Positions 1 to 14,049 of a stretch of 64,000 nt of DNA are shown here, piece by piece. This DNA is from the human T2T-CHM13v2.0 reference genome, Homo sapiens. The stretch's first letter is position 1. Each line of letters begins with the position of its first letter. Both the position numbers and the translations under genes were made by a program. The notes beneath the pieces are model-generated. The model did no database searches, was not told the DNA's origin, and worked only from the letters and a program-made list of their open reading frames with translations. The stretch lies in the NCBI RefSeq assembly GCF_009914755.1, contig NC_060926.1; one strand, written 5' to 3'.

Positions 1-190
<190 letters not shown>

Positions 191-2233
191 TCAGACCAGG
201 CCTTCAGAGGCTCTGCCAATAAAGAGATGCTATGTTCATTGTTGCAAACACATCCATTCCCGGGTTACCCTCTGAACTTAGGCAGCGGGAAACTTTTTTT
301 TTTAATATTACCACTTGGTTTTAGCAGTGAAATCACTGCTAAAAGGGGGGGTATTGTGCAAATTAACATTATAATTAAATGCTTGGTACTAAAGTAATCT
401 TGGACAAGTCTTTCCCTTTGTTTCTGCTTTGGAGACTTGGGGTTCCCCAAATCCTCTTGGGTGGCATTCAATGGCCAGCCCTGGCATTAGAGGGAGGACA
501 GTTGTTCATGTTAAGACAGCTCCGGTTTTGCATGATCAGCAGCCATGCTCTACATGGGATTAAGATTTATCCCTTTGATAATATGAAAAACAAGTAAACA
601 AAAGGCACTGCTTGAAAATAATGATTTACCACAGAACATATTTTGCTTTAGTCAAACCTTTTTTTCTTCCTAAGGAAAAAGTGTGTGGGCTTATCTCTTG
701 AAAATGCCAGCATGGCTGTGAACACTGGGGAAATTAAAAGACTGAATACAATAGATTTCTTATGTATGCCTATGCAGGGAGTTGCATAGCTTATTTATTA
801 AGTTGTGTGCTAGGGGAGGATTATCTGCTTTGAACTTATCTATTACTTTGTGACAGTGATTTTTAAATATGGGGTAGTTTTGTATTGTACAAAGCCAAGT
901 TCAAATGGAATCTTAAACTTAATAACTTTGGGAGCTTTGGCTATGACTTAGAATTTGGAAAATCAGAGATATAAACATTGTCTCCACCACCACCCCTTGC
1001 CCAGAAAAGGAAAGAATATGATGATATTCTATAGCCTTTTGACATAGCATCAATTATTCTTTCATAAAAATAGAAGTCAGTAGAACATTAGTACAGGTGT
1101 CTAGAGTAATGAATGCTGCCTAGCAAGGTTGATGGTCAGTACATCCCCATTTACTGCAATAGCCAAAAAAGAACTAAGACAGAGATGTCTCTGTCATGTG
1201 AGAAAGAGATGCACACTCTGGAGTCACATATTACAACAGGGAAACAATGGACACAATTGTGACTATCAGTGCAGCTTTCAGCTCAGTTCAAAGGCAAGAG
1301 TGGTCTCATTTATTAAATGGGATAGTTATGACCTGGTGCCTTGAAGTTTTATGCCACCAGCTAATACTCTGCACCAAAGACACTTCTTGTTTTTAACATG
1401 AAAAGTATGCAATAGCTATTAGCCGGTCTTCAGAATATTGCTCAGAATCTAAGGTAATGCTATTACTCTTATTTTATTTGAGGAGAATAAAGAGAATACA
1501 TATACAGAGAATAAAGATATCTATTGACCTTCAAGAATGCTTGCCCCTTGTCCTGATCAAACTTATACTTTTGACCAAAAATATGAATCTCTACAAAGAC
1601 TTTGTGAAATACTTTGTGATAGCTCTTTTAAATGACATTATCAAATATCTGTTCATTTTGGACCAAAACATAGAATGTGCAACGTTAAAAATAGGATGGA
1701 TTTTGTCCTGCCCTGATCCCAGCAGTTATGCCTGCAACTCCTGCAAAGGTAACCCTGTTATTGCCTCTTGACAATAACCCAGTTGGACAAGATATTTTAT
1801 TAGAAAATTCTTTTGGAATGCATGGGCCTCTTGCTATTAGAAAATACTTTCTAACTAAAGAAAAATTTATTATTTCCATCGAAGGGAATGAGTGACCTAT
1901 TATTTCAAAGCAGCATCCTTTCTTCCACAGATAAGTCAGTCAATATTTATTTTCATTCAAGAATCAGAGTTCCAAGCTGGCATAGTCTTACACGTATGGT
2001 CATGGTTTTGATAGGTACTAGGAAACACAAGTGTAATGAAACTCATCCCCAGAACCTGCTCAGCCCTGGGCAAACTGGTATGGTTAGTCACAGTATTTTA
2101 ATAGCCAGCAAGGAACCAACAGTCCAAAATCCCTTTCTGACACCCCTTTCAGAATCTAAAAGTATCTTATTAAAATGAATCTCCTTTTAGTTCCAGAGTT
2201 CATATCATACTTCTAAATGATGCAGAGTAGCAG

Positions 2234-3012
2234 GTATATTTGCTTCTAGGGATGCCATAACCAGATGACTTAAAACAACAGAAAGGTATTCATTCACAAT
2301 TCTGAAGGCTAGAAGTTCAAAATCAAGGTCTTGGCTGGATCGTCCTCCAAAGGCTCTGGAAAATAATCCTTCCTTGCCTCTCATATCTTCTGGTGGTTGC
2401 TGGCAATCATCGGCATTTCTTGATTTGTGGCAGCATCACTCCAATCTCTCCTTTTGTCTTTACATGGCCTTCTTCCCTGTGGGTCTATGTCTCTCTGTGT
2501 CTCTCGTCTTCTTATAAGCATACCAGTTACACTGGATTTAGTGTTCACCCTAATTCAATAGGACCTCATTTTAACTTAACTTATTACATCTATGGTAACA
2601 TTCACAGTACAATAGAGTGAATGCATCCCCCACCCAATCCATATGTTAACCCCAAGGTGATGATATTAGGAGGTGGAGCCTTCAGGAAGAAATTAGATCA
2701 TGAGGCTGGAGCCCTTATAAATGGGATTAGTACCCTTATTAAAGAGTTATCTTGTCCCTCTCGGCGCCATGTGAGGATTCAAAGGGAAGTTGCAGTCTAC
2801 AACCTGGAAGAGCGTTCTCACCAGCACCTGACCATGCTGGCACCCTGATCTCAGACCTCCAGTCTACAAAACTGTGAGAAATGAATTTATGCTGTTTATA
2901 AGCCACTCAGTCTATGGCACTTTGTTATAGCAGCCCCAACAGACTAAGACACACAGGTACCTGCAATTAGGACTTCGATATAGCTTTCAGGGGACACAAT
3001 TCAACCCATAAG
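2234..3012 (-). mobile_element. MaLR solo LTR (MLT1C/D-like), split by a nested MLT1A
   Basis: aaaacaacagaaa...ttctgaaggctagaagttcaaaatcaagg; ends gggacacaattcaacccataa; the two halves rejoin across the CACAG duplication. Confidence 0.8.
2608..2951 (+). mobile_element. MaLR solo LTR (MLT1A-like) nested in the opposite orientation
   Basis: gtgatgatattaggaggtggagcc...atgggattagtacccttat...gcagccccaacagactaagaca; 5-bp TSD CACAG at 2603-2607 and 2952-2956. Confidence 0.85.
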
Positions 3013-3038
3013 AGCAAATTACCCCCATCTTCACGATT

Positions 3039-3443
3039 CCAGTGGTTCTCACCTCTGAACACACATTAGAATTACTTGAGGTAGTGTTAAAAACCAAAAA
3101 CAATGCCCCCTCCCTTCTCCCCACTGCCATAAATTAAATCTTAATATCTAGAGCAGGGGTGGCCAATCTTTTGGCTTCCCTGGGCCACACTGGAGGAAGA
3201 ATTATCTTGGGCCATACATAAAATACACTAACACTAACGATAGCTGATGAGCAAAAGCAAAAAAAAAATTGCAAAAAACTCTCATAATGTCTTAAGAAAG
3301 TTTATGAATTTGTATTGGGCTGCATGCAGCCTGTGGGCTGTGGGTTGGACAGGTTGGACAGGCTTGATCTAGAGGAAGCCTGGATGCCATTATACTTTAA
3401 AGCTCCTCAGGTAATCCTCATACACAGCCAGTGTCAATAACCC
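3039..3443. mobile_element. MER5A-like hAT MITE, interrupted by MER30
   Basis: cagtggttctc...cacattagaattacttg...aagctcctcaggtaatc; boundaries approximate. Confidence 0.55.
3154..3366 (+). mobile_element. MER30 hAT-Charlie DNA transposon
   Basis: caggggtggccaatcttttggcttccctgggccacac...gggttggacaggcttg; perfect 8-bp TSD ATCTAGAG at 3146-3153 and 3367-3374. Confidence 0.9.
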
Positions 3444-5157
3444 CTCACAACCTTGAGGAATGATATCTGTAGCTAAACACAAGAAGGACTACTAAAAACG
3501 GCTTTTACTATGACTTCCTCTGTCCAAAATGTCCCCTCCAAGTCAGCCTGGTTTTAAGATGTAACTCAAACTCTTGCAACTTTTTTAGTAAATGCTGAAC
3601 TGACAGTAAAAACATATATTTTAACACTAAGAAAGCTCCCAACAATCTACTTCACCCAAAAGAAAAAGTATATGGTGATTTAATCTCAAAAGTCAATTTT
3701 TTTAAATGTAAAGTTAATCTAAATACCTATTTAACTGTTTTGACTGACCTGAAACTTGTCTTAGAGCAAGACAAGTTTCTTGAACATGAATGTTCATGTT
3801 GTTCTTTCCAGGGATACTAATAAATATTTTCAATTAGAAGAAACTGTGACCTTTCTAAGACGAATGTCAACCAAGAATGCAAACTTATTTACAATAAATG
3901 ATTTAGGGGAAAGAATTCCTGGTTTCAGATAAGTGAGGTTTTTCTCCTATACTTTCTCATTGCTTAGTGTTTTCCTCTCTGCTTAAGCTGGAGCTAGGAA
4001 GGTATTTTTTGCTATTTGTTTCCTCACTCTCATTACTAGTTTTTTTTTTTTTTTTTTAATTAACGTTTCCAAGAAATCACATTTTCTGAAGGATACTCAT
4101 GCTGAGATGACCGGCAGCGAGCCAGTGAGATCCTATTATATGCTGGATGGGCCAAGAGGACCAAGTAAAAATGAAACAGGATGTTCATTTAAGCAAATCA
4201 AAGATACTCTCTCACGCACCCATCCTATTTCTTTTCTCTGGGCTCTGAATATCCACACACCCGCAGTGCTTTCATCAAGGCACTTTTCTTTCCTGCCAGA
4301 TCTGGAAGGGGAAAGATTCACTTCTCTTTCCCAAAGTGTCAACTTTTGTTGTTATTGATGCCGCCAAGCCTGTAATTACTTGATGAAGCTAATGGGCAAA
4401 AGCACTTAAAGGGCCACGCTTAGTGGTTCCATTGTCATAATCCATGTAAAATGAACCAGAGCCAACGCAGCCTGACAAGCTTTCAGCCTATTATTATTGG
4501 GGGCTTATTTAAATTGCAGGTTTGATTAAATTTATAATTTAGCCATTCTACTTAGCACATTTTCCTTTTCTTTTAAAACTAACCCCAAGAGAGACATTTA
4601 CAAAATTCCTTTCTCCAGCTGTCAGATGTGAAAAATGTCAGTGGCGTGGGTGGTCAGAGAGAGGGGTTGAAGTGTACTTAGAATAGTAAACTTAAATACA
4701 AATGGAATTTCACAGCTAACTATTCTTTACTGCTTTGTCAACGGATACAGCATATGTATTTATTCTTGTTTTAACTCCCCTATTAATCCTGCCATAGCAC
4801 TGGGAAAAGAGTGCTGTGAAAAGCAAGTTCCCGTATAATCCTCTTCTCTCTTTCTTATCCTGATTAGATAAGCCTTTAACAAAGCATAAAGTATTTAAAG
4901 CTACTGCATTAAACACTAATATTTTAGCTGAAGAGTAAGGATATCACTTCAGATGGCCTTCTCTGGAAGAGAACAGTATTTCCCTGAGAAGTCAGCAACA
5001 TATAAATATGTTTAAGACAGTTATCTCTTAGGCCATTCAAAATGTGCACCATCAAAAGTGATAACTAATGACACCCTCACGCAAATATTTTATTGCGGCA
5101 AATGTGAAGGTATCGTGCAACAAAATAAAATCTAATATGTATGATACATAGCAAATT

Positions 5158-5665
5158 TCATTATTCATTTCTTCAAACAATAATTACAGGGCATGGACCC
5201 AGGGCCAAACACCATGCTAAGTGCTGGGAAAACACAGATGCAGCCTCAGTGATGAACTGGGAAAATAGGCATGGAATGGATAATTATAAGAGATTCTGAT
5301 TAAGTTCTGTAAGAAGACTGTGTACCTTGCTGAAAATGACCAGAGAAATGGAACTCTATGTCTCTGCCTCATTGTGGGGGTCGCAGGCAGGTTGTGAAAG
5401 GCTTGAAACAAGAGATGACTTGGGCATAGATCTTTAAGAATAAACTATTTCAAAATTAGTCAGCCAGGGAAGGGCACTGCAAGGAACAGCAGATACAAAA
5501 AGTATGGGGTCATGAAAGGGGGAGGTAGATGCAGGCGAAAGTTTGAAATTTAGCCTGAGTAGCTGTGGAGTGTCAGAAGAGAAGTAGGAGATACAGAAGG
5601 CAGTACAGATGGAATCATGAAGAAGTTTATGTGTCAAGCTAAGTAGTTTGAGCTTATCTTCTGAG
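5158..5665 (-). mobile_element. L2 3' fragment
   Basis: ttattcatt...accatgctaagtgctggg...; degenerate reverse-complemented L2 3' end. Confidence 0.55.
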
Positions 5666-5669
5666 CCGA

Positions 5670-6387
<718 letters not shown>

Positions 6388-7634
6388 GTTTATAATCCCT
6401 GCCCTAGACAGAATGAAGGTAATGACAAGATGAAATATCTTTTTCTAATAAGTTTTAGGGCTTTGATTGGAGCATTATTAAGTACTATCTGACTACAGAA
6501 CTCAAAATATTTGAGTCCTGTCTTAGACTTTCTTCCCAGTGATCATCTTGAGGGAGACAAACTCCCATGTGATGAAAGAAAATGGAAAGCATGATCCATT
6601 TCATCATTATACACTGGGCTTTTGCCCACTATCCCATTGCAGAGCTTTTTTATTAAACCGGGCTAAAGCACATGGTTTAGGCTTAACACAGACAGGGCAT
6701 CGCTAGGCCTCTTCCAGCTGGGCAGGGCTCAAGTGATAGTAACAGTCCTACAGAGTGCTTCAGAGGAAGAGAAAGAGTAAGGTGGCCACATCTGGACTAG
6801 TAGGTTCTGACTCAGCTTACCCACTGGGACAGGACAGGACAAAAGAGTCATATTCATGGACATGGTCCTGCATATTTATAAGGTTAGCCCAACCATGTGT
6901 GGGAATTTGACTGCCCCTGTGCCTGAGACCTTCAAAAAGGAAACTCTGGTTACAGTGTGAAGAAGGTGGCTTGGGAATGGGGAGACTGATCACAGGAACA
7001 TAAGTGAGTAGGCAAATTCAGTTGTCTATGCAATAAATGGCACCTCATAACATCAAGGCTGGGTGGAAACAATTTGTGTTTAACAAATGGTACAAATAGA
7101 ACAGCAGGGTAGCTAAACCTGGTACCATCTCCCCGGTACACCTCCTATGCACTGCACAGGTTACCTCAGCTCCATATATATGCCACTAGATTCTAAACGA
7201 GGAAAATTAAGGGGGCAAGACAAAAATGGGTCCCTGTGGAGTATCACTTTGTACTGAAATTAGACTTGACAGAGGTCTCAGAGAAGCCCATTAGGAGATT
7301 AGATGCCCAACCAGGGCACAGTTTGAGGGAAAGGGGAACATTTTGTTGACAAAAGGTCTCTGCTGCCTCTGTCATAACTGGAAGGGAGGCAGATCCACCT
7401 TCGGGAAACAGACTGCTCGTCCCACATAGAGACACCAGTAGCAAAGGCCAGATTGCATGTGTCTCCCTAAGAGAGGGAGGCTTGGGTCAAACACTACAAG
7501 CAGATCAGGTCAGAATCTGGCACAGTCTTCCCAAAGCACGCAGCCAGAGGAGGGCAAGTGCAACTCTCCCCACGGCCATATAGGACCGACTGCTACTTGG
7601 CTCTAACTCCCCAGACTCCCATTTGAGTAAGGGG

Positions 7635-8020
7635 AGTGCTCGGCTGCCGTAGCAGAAACACAGACTTTGGGGTGGCTTAAGCAGAGATGGGCTTATTTGC
7701 CTCATGCTACAGAAAGTCCAGCAAGAGCAGCCCAGAGCTGATGCAGTGGCTCAGCCACGTAGCCAGGGATGCTACATCCCTCCTCCATCCTTAGCTTCTT
7801 GGCTTGTCACTTTATGGTTGTCAGCAAGAGGTTGCAGCCTCCCTACCCCATCCCCACCTTCAGGTTCACATTCAAGGCAGGATGCTATCTACAGACAGGA
7901 AAGAGAATAAAGCAACTTCTCGAAGACAAGCAGAGATAAAAGGAGGAGCCCATGGCATAGCCTGTCAGCCTCCTAGATCTCCCAAATATGCAGCTCAATT
8001 CCTACCCATGCATTTCTGAC
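7635..8020 (-). mobile_element. Old MaLR LTR (MLT1J/K/L-like)
   Basis: ggtggcttaagcagagatgggcttattt...cagaaagtccag...gcagtggctc; degenerate. Confidence 0.45.
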
Positions 8021-8114
8021 AACACCCAGTATCCATACAATAAATGGGGAAATGAGTATTATTTATCTTTATAATAAGAATGGTCACACATTTACATAAG
8101 AAAATCACAATGTT

Positions 8115-8370
8115 TTCTTTATTAAACATTTTTGAGTGCCAGCTATGTGCCAGGCAGGGTACTAGGTGCTGGGAACAAACAGGTGAACAAGATAAACACA
8201 GTTCTGCCCTCCTAAAGCTTACAGTCCAGTTAGAGGAACAGACAAACAGTCCAACAAGACAACAATCCCCAGTTGTGATAAGTACTGAAAAAATAACTAA
8301 AAGGCTGATGTGAGAATGACTGGAAACACCTTTTTGTGTTAGGGTAACTCGGAAAGGCCTCTCTAGGTAT
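8115..8370 (-). mobile_element. L2 3' fragment
   Basis: aaacatttttgagtgccagctatgtgccaggc...ctgccctcctaaagcttacagtccag. Confidence 0.75.
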
Positions 8371-8399
8371 GGCACTGGTGCTGTTATGCTGAGAGTATG

Positions 8400-8856
8400 C
8401 ATTCCGGATAGGACACGATGAAATGGCACTTCGCATCCTCCCAACCTGAGAAATCATGAGAAAAACATCAGAAAAGCCAAAATTGAGGAGCAGTCTACAA
8501 AACACCCGACTAGTAATCCTCAAACTACCAAGGTCAGGAAAAACGAGGAGCATCTGAGAAGCTGCCTCTGCACAGAGCTGAGGAAGGAGGCATGACAGCT
8601 AAATGTGGTGTGGAATCCCGATGGGGTCCTGGAGAGGAAAAAGACGTTAGTGGAAAAACTAGCGAAACCGGAGTAAATTCAGAGTTCAGACCAAACATCC
8701 CAGTGTTAACTCGTGAGCATTGACAGATGTATAGTAGGAGACATGATGAACATTAGGATAAGCTGGGTGAAGGGTATGCAATATTTTCTATAACACTTCA
8801 GAACTTTACTGTGAATCTGAAATTTTTCCAAAATTTTAAAATTTATTTTTTAAAAA
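8400..8856 (+). mobile_element. Old L1 3' end (L1MC-like)
   Basis: aatcatgagaaaaacatcagaaaagccaaaattgagg...tgtgaatctgaaatttttccaaa. Confidence 0.65.
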
Positions 8857-10572
8857 GTAAAGATGGAAACACACTAGCCCTGCAAAGATGGTACATGTGT
8901 GTGTCCTAGTATGTACAGGATCCTGTTCTGAATGCTAAGGATTGAGTAGTGAACAGTCTTCTAGTTACTGATTCTTATTTTATTTAGGAAAAAAGAGCCA
9001 TACTTGGCACACAATGCTTGCCAATTTTTAACCAGGCAATGCTGTGATATTTCTTCCTCTCCTCCATCTTCGAAAGTAAGCTGAATTGCTTGGCTCAAAT
9101 AACTTAAAATATTTTGTTTCAGTTATTTTCCACAGAGTCGATTAAAAACTCCTAAATGAATAAGCATATTATAAAAGAAGGAAGGAAACAGCACTGACTT
9201 CATTTTTCATTTAAAGTTACCTGCAGCCAAAAGCAACGTTTAAGTTCTCTGTTTCTTAATGTTTTCTATTAAATGTATAAAAAAAAATAACAATAATCAA
9301 AGCTTCTTTATGAAAATCCAGCGTTTGCATTTTCACTCACCTGCAATTCAGTTAAAGCATAAATGTTGAAAGAAAATTTCCTCTATGCTTTTAAACACAG
9401 GAAAGGACCACTTGCCCAGAGCCTGGGGACATTCAAATCCTTGACTTACTTCTAATTTAACTCTAGGGTCAGACTCTTTGTCATTGAGTATAACAGTGAC
9501 AACTCACCTTAGATTTCCATTTAGATGAATGTGCTTCTGTCCTGAGAAGAAGTGTCCAGCCCCAGCTTCATCTAATGTTTCCAGGTAATCCTTAACAGCC
9601 CCAAAACTGACTCCAAAGAAAGCAACACAGTCAAACTGTCTGTCCCTCTCTCAGGACAACGTCAATAATATACCCACTTTGGGTATTTGGAATATAATTG
9701 CAAACTTCAGCCTGAGGCCAATAAAACTTTTTATCTAGGAGACAGACAAATAAAGCATGTGATAAAAAAAAATTGAAAATAAAATAAATAAATAAATCGG
9801 ATGTGTTACATGGAATGCTGTGGTTGAGTTCACTATGGCTATGGCCAAAGTATGGAGGGGAAGACACAACATGAAAGGGTCATGTGTAACTTCAATATGT
9901 ATGTAACTTACAATATGAAAGGGTCATACGTAACTTCATATGAAGTTGCAATATGAAAGATTTAGCAGTCCTTTCTTGATCAAGAGAAGATGTTTCTGGG
10001 TACTGAATGTGTGGCCCACCTCCACTCCACTCAAGAAAGGTAATGCAGTTAATTTAAGCTTTATAACTGTCAGACAGCAACAATGTGCAACACTCTACTG
10101 GTCGCTCTCTAGTGCACTGTTGCAAGAGTGGTCCTGGGTAACAGATGCCCCTCCGAGATGACAAACTATGTCTTGGATATTCCCTCTCTGTCTTACCCTT
10201 CCCTCTCTCCAACCATCTCCAACCTTGACTTACAAAACAAGACCACAACCCAACTATCCATAAGTCAAATCTGTCACTGCTAAGGGAGGACACATTCTGG
10301 GACAAGGGAACATTAACATAAGACAAGGCTGAAATAAAAAGTCAGTGTGTGGACAATTATTTGCCAAAAATGATAGAACCTGCATTTCCTCTCTGCTGGG
10401 TAGAGCCCTGGTACTAACATTGAATTCTTTCATTGTGCATTATCTCTGGATCTCTAATGTTTAGGACTTGGAGATTAGTTTTGCTTTTCATTTAAAACAC
10501 AAAAAGCATTTGTTGGCTGAAATAGTCATCTGTTACTGAAATCCCACTTTTCCCTTTATTATCAGCCCAAAA

Positions 10573-10573
<1 letters not shown>

Positions 10574-10604
<31 letters not shown>
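10574..10604. repeat. (TG)n microsatellite
   Basis: About 15 TG units read directly. Confidence 0.98.
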
Positions 10605-10609
<5 letters not shown>

Positions 10610-10914
10610 AGAAAAGCTCAGCTGTTTGCTTTGCAGCTATCTAAAGATTTTAGAACTGAGCTTAGAGGGGGTTTGGGGAATGACGTAAACCTGTTGGTTT
10701 CCACGTAGGTGTGAATCTGAGGAGGAGGTAGTGCCCTTGAAAACATATGGATTCCACATGAGGACATTTCCCCACTCTCAAAGTGGGTGCTCATGGTGCC
10801 TGCTGTGCCCTGAATCACAGTGAGAATAAAGCTGAGAAAAGAGGTCTTTTTAGGGCTTTCATGGAACAGCCTGTTCCATGTGGCTCCCAATGGCAAGGAA
10901 AATGAACAAAGGGG

Positions 10915-11400
10915 TACACAGTGTTAGCTGCCTACATAGTATCTATTCCTCCATCTTCCTGCTAATAAAACCTTAATTTTGACCAGAGTGAAAATATGTC
11001 CCATCCCACAGAATAAATTTTGACTAGTCTAAATCAATCATGACCATCCCACTGCCAGCTTTCCCACACATTCCTGTATCAAGGGATGGCCACATGATCC
11101 AGTTCTGTTAACGACCTGTCAAGGGAAGTCAGGCAGGGGCCTTAAGGAAAAGTTTTACCTTCCTAACAAAAGCAAGAGACATGCTTGCCACTATCTTTTT
11201 CTTTCCCTTTTCTTCCTGCCTTGAACACAGATGTGATGTTCAGCTGGAACATTTTGCTATCCAAAAAAAAAAGGCCAAGAGAATCTTAGACGTGCTAGCT
11301 CTAATGTCATTGAGCCACTGAGCTAATAATATCAGCTTGTTACATGAAACAAATAAGCCTGTAGTCAGGGCTTCTATTATTCACATTAGAAATCATTCCT
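10915..11400 (+). mobile_element. MaLR LTR (MLT1J/K-like)
   Basis: tgttagctgcctac...tctattcctccatcttcctgctaataaaacc...gggatggccacatgatccagttctg. Confidence 0.6.
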
Positions 11401-12407
11401 GGGTTTAAATATTTGCTCATCTTCTATTGCTTAGATAGAAGAGTATAGAACAGTGGTTTCTCTTGAGGAACACCAATCCTTAAATCGATGTTTATTTGGG
11501 ATTTCCTTTATACTCCATTATCTGTTCAGCTTTAAAGTTCATGTTTCCATGACGGTCACAAGAACCTGTCCTAATGAGGGACCAACCTGTAAAGAAATGA
11601 CAGCCGTATTTTTCCCTCATGGCTCAGAACTGTCTTAATCAAGATAAGAAAATAGTTGGATTCCTCTGCCTACCCTCTGACCCCTGGATTCCCCTCCACC
11701 CTTACTAGTCTGCCTTAGCTACACACAGAGAAATGGTTTTCACAGCCAGTTAACACCATGGTGCCGTGGGAGGCTCAGATGCAAAAGGAAAAATTTATTC
11801 TCCATAAAAACAAATCTAAAAGAACTGCCAATGAGAAGAAGGTGGATCTTAAAATTAATGTCACAGCAGGAAAGTTTGTGCAAGAGTATTCTCCTATAAA
11901 GGGAAGAAAACTTTGCCTAACAGAATGAAAGGCTAATATCTTTCAGTAATTGACAAAACAGGAAAGATAGTCAATCATTCAGGACTCGGGGTCATACATA
12001 AGCAAACAAGCTGTTCATCTGGTGACAGACAGTCTTGCATCAACTATAGATGACTACCTACTGTGAAGTGGCCACACAAATCCCATGGTCTCTCTGAGAG
12101 AGGAGCTAGAAGAGTTAAGTGCTGTGTGCTCTGAAAAACACTGCCAGCCTGTAGTAGGTGCTCAGTAAATATTTGTTTAATGAATGAACATTTTCTGACT
12201 TTGAAGGGACAGAAAGCCACTAGCTTCTGCAAAGTGACACTGGCCATATTTCAGTTTATAAAGAAGAAATATACGAGCAAGTGAAAATGACAGTTTACCC
12301 AGACCGTGATGAGATGACCTGGTTTCTGACGACACCCATATTTAACCTGCAGGAAGTAGCCTATGTGCACCCAAGCATTCTGTAGGAAAACAGGGATAAT
12401 TTTCAGG

Positions 12408-12645
12408 TAGTGTGGTATGGGCTCTGGAATTAGACTGTCTGAGTTCAAACTGAACCCCACCCCTTACAGCTGTGTAACATTTGGAAATATTAAGTTTCCA
12501 AATTTGTTAAGTCTCAATTTCCTATGCAGTACAAGATAGAACAAGAATAGTAACGACTACAGAATTCAGTTATGTGATGATCAAATGAATTAATCTATGT
12601 GTAGTGCCAACGTATGACAGCCACTCACTAAATAGTAGCTATTTT
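12408..12645 (+). mobile_element. MIR
   Basis: gggctctggaattagactgtctgagttcaaac...gtctcaatttcc...taaatagtagctatt. Confidence 0.7.
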
Positions 12646-12761
12646 TGTTGTTGTCACTTTCCTCATTGGCAGCATCTAACTTGTCATCTCACCCATCAAG
12701 CTCAGCCATCAATTGTGGAGAATTCACAATCTCTCTTTTGCTTTTATGCAAAATAATTTGA

Positions 12762-13058
<297 letters not shown>

Positions 13059-13077
13059 AAGAATTTGATTTTTTTAA

Positions 13078-13380
<303 letters not shown>

Positions 13381-13737
13381 CAATTTAATTTTAACATGAA
13401 TGACTTTGTCTATTCAGATCTTATGAGGGGTCTCTAATGATTACTGGCAGTGGTTTGGTGCTCTCAGAAGGAAGTTCCAAGACATTAGTCATTCAGCCCG
13501 GGGGCTTGCATTTACAAAGCAAGTGGGCTCCCTGGCCATGGCGTGCCACTGGGCTGTGGTCTGAGCTCAGGACAGAGAAGAAGCCTCGCCAGAACCTTAG
13601 AAAGAGTCCAATGAAAGGGCTGCTCAGGTCGCCCTGCATGTCTTTGCCTCTCCCCGATCAGCACTCCATAGCATCTAATAATGCTGTCTAGGGAAACACA
13701 CTCATTTACCACATGTGCTTTCCTTGGCAATTTTTTA

Positions 13738-13951
13738 AATTTATTTTTATTTCATTTTATTTTTCAACTTTTATTTTAGATTCAGGAGGTACATGTTCTG
13801 GTTTGTTACCTGGGTATACTGCATGATGCTGAGGTTTGGGGTACAAATGATCCCATCACCCAGGTACTGAGAATAGCACTCAACAGTTAGTTCTTCAGCT
13901 GTTGTCCCCCTCCTTGTCTCTTCCCTCTGGTAGTCTCCAGTGTCTATTGTT
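13738..13951 (-). mobile_element. L1PA15/16-like 3' end (short truncated insertion)
   Basis: caacttttattttagattcaggaggtacatg...gatcccatcacccagg; flanks ttccttggcaatttttt and ttctttggcattttt resemble a TSD. Confidence 0.8.
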
Positions 13952-14049
13952 TCTTTGGCATTTTTAGATTCATTAGGAACTCTTCTCCCTGCCTACGAGT
14001 GATCCATTTTCAAGAAGTGGCTCTCCATGACCAAGTTATTACATAACCT

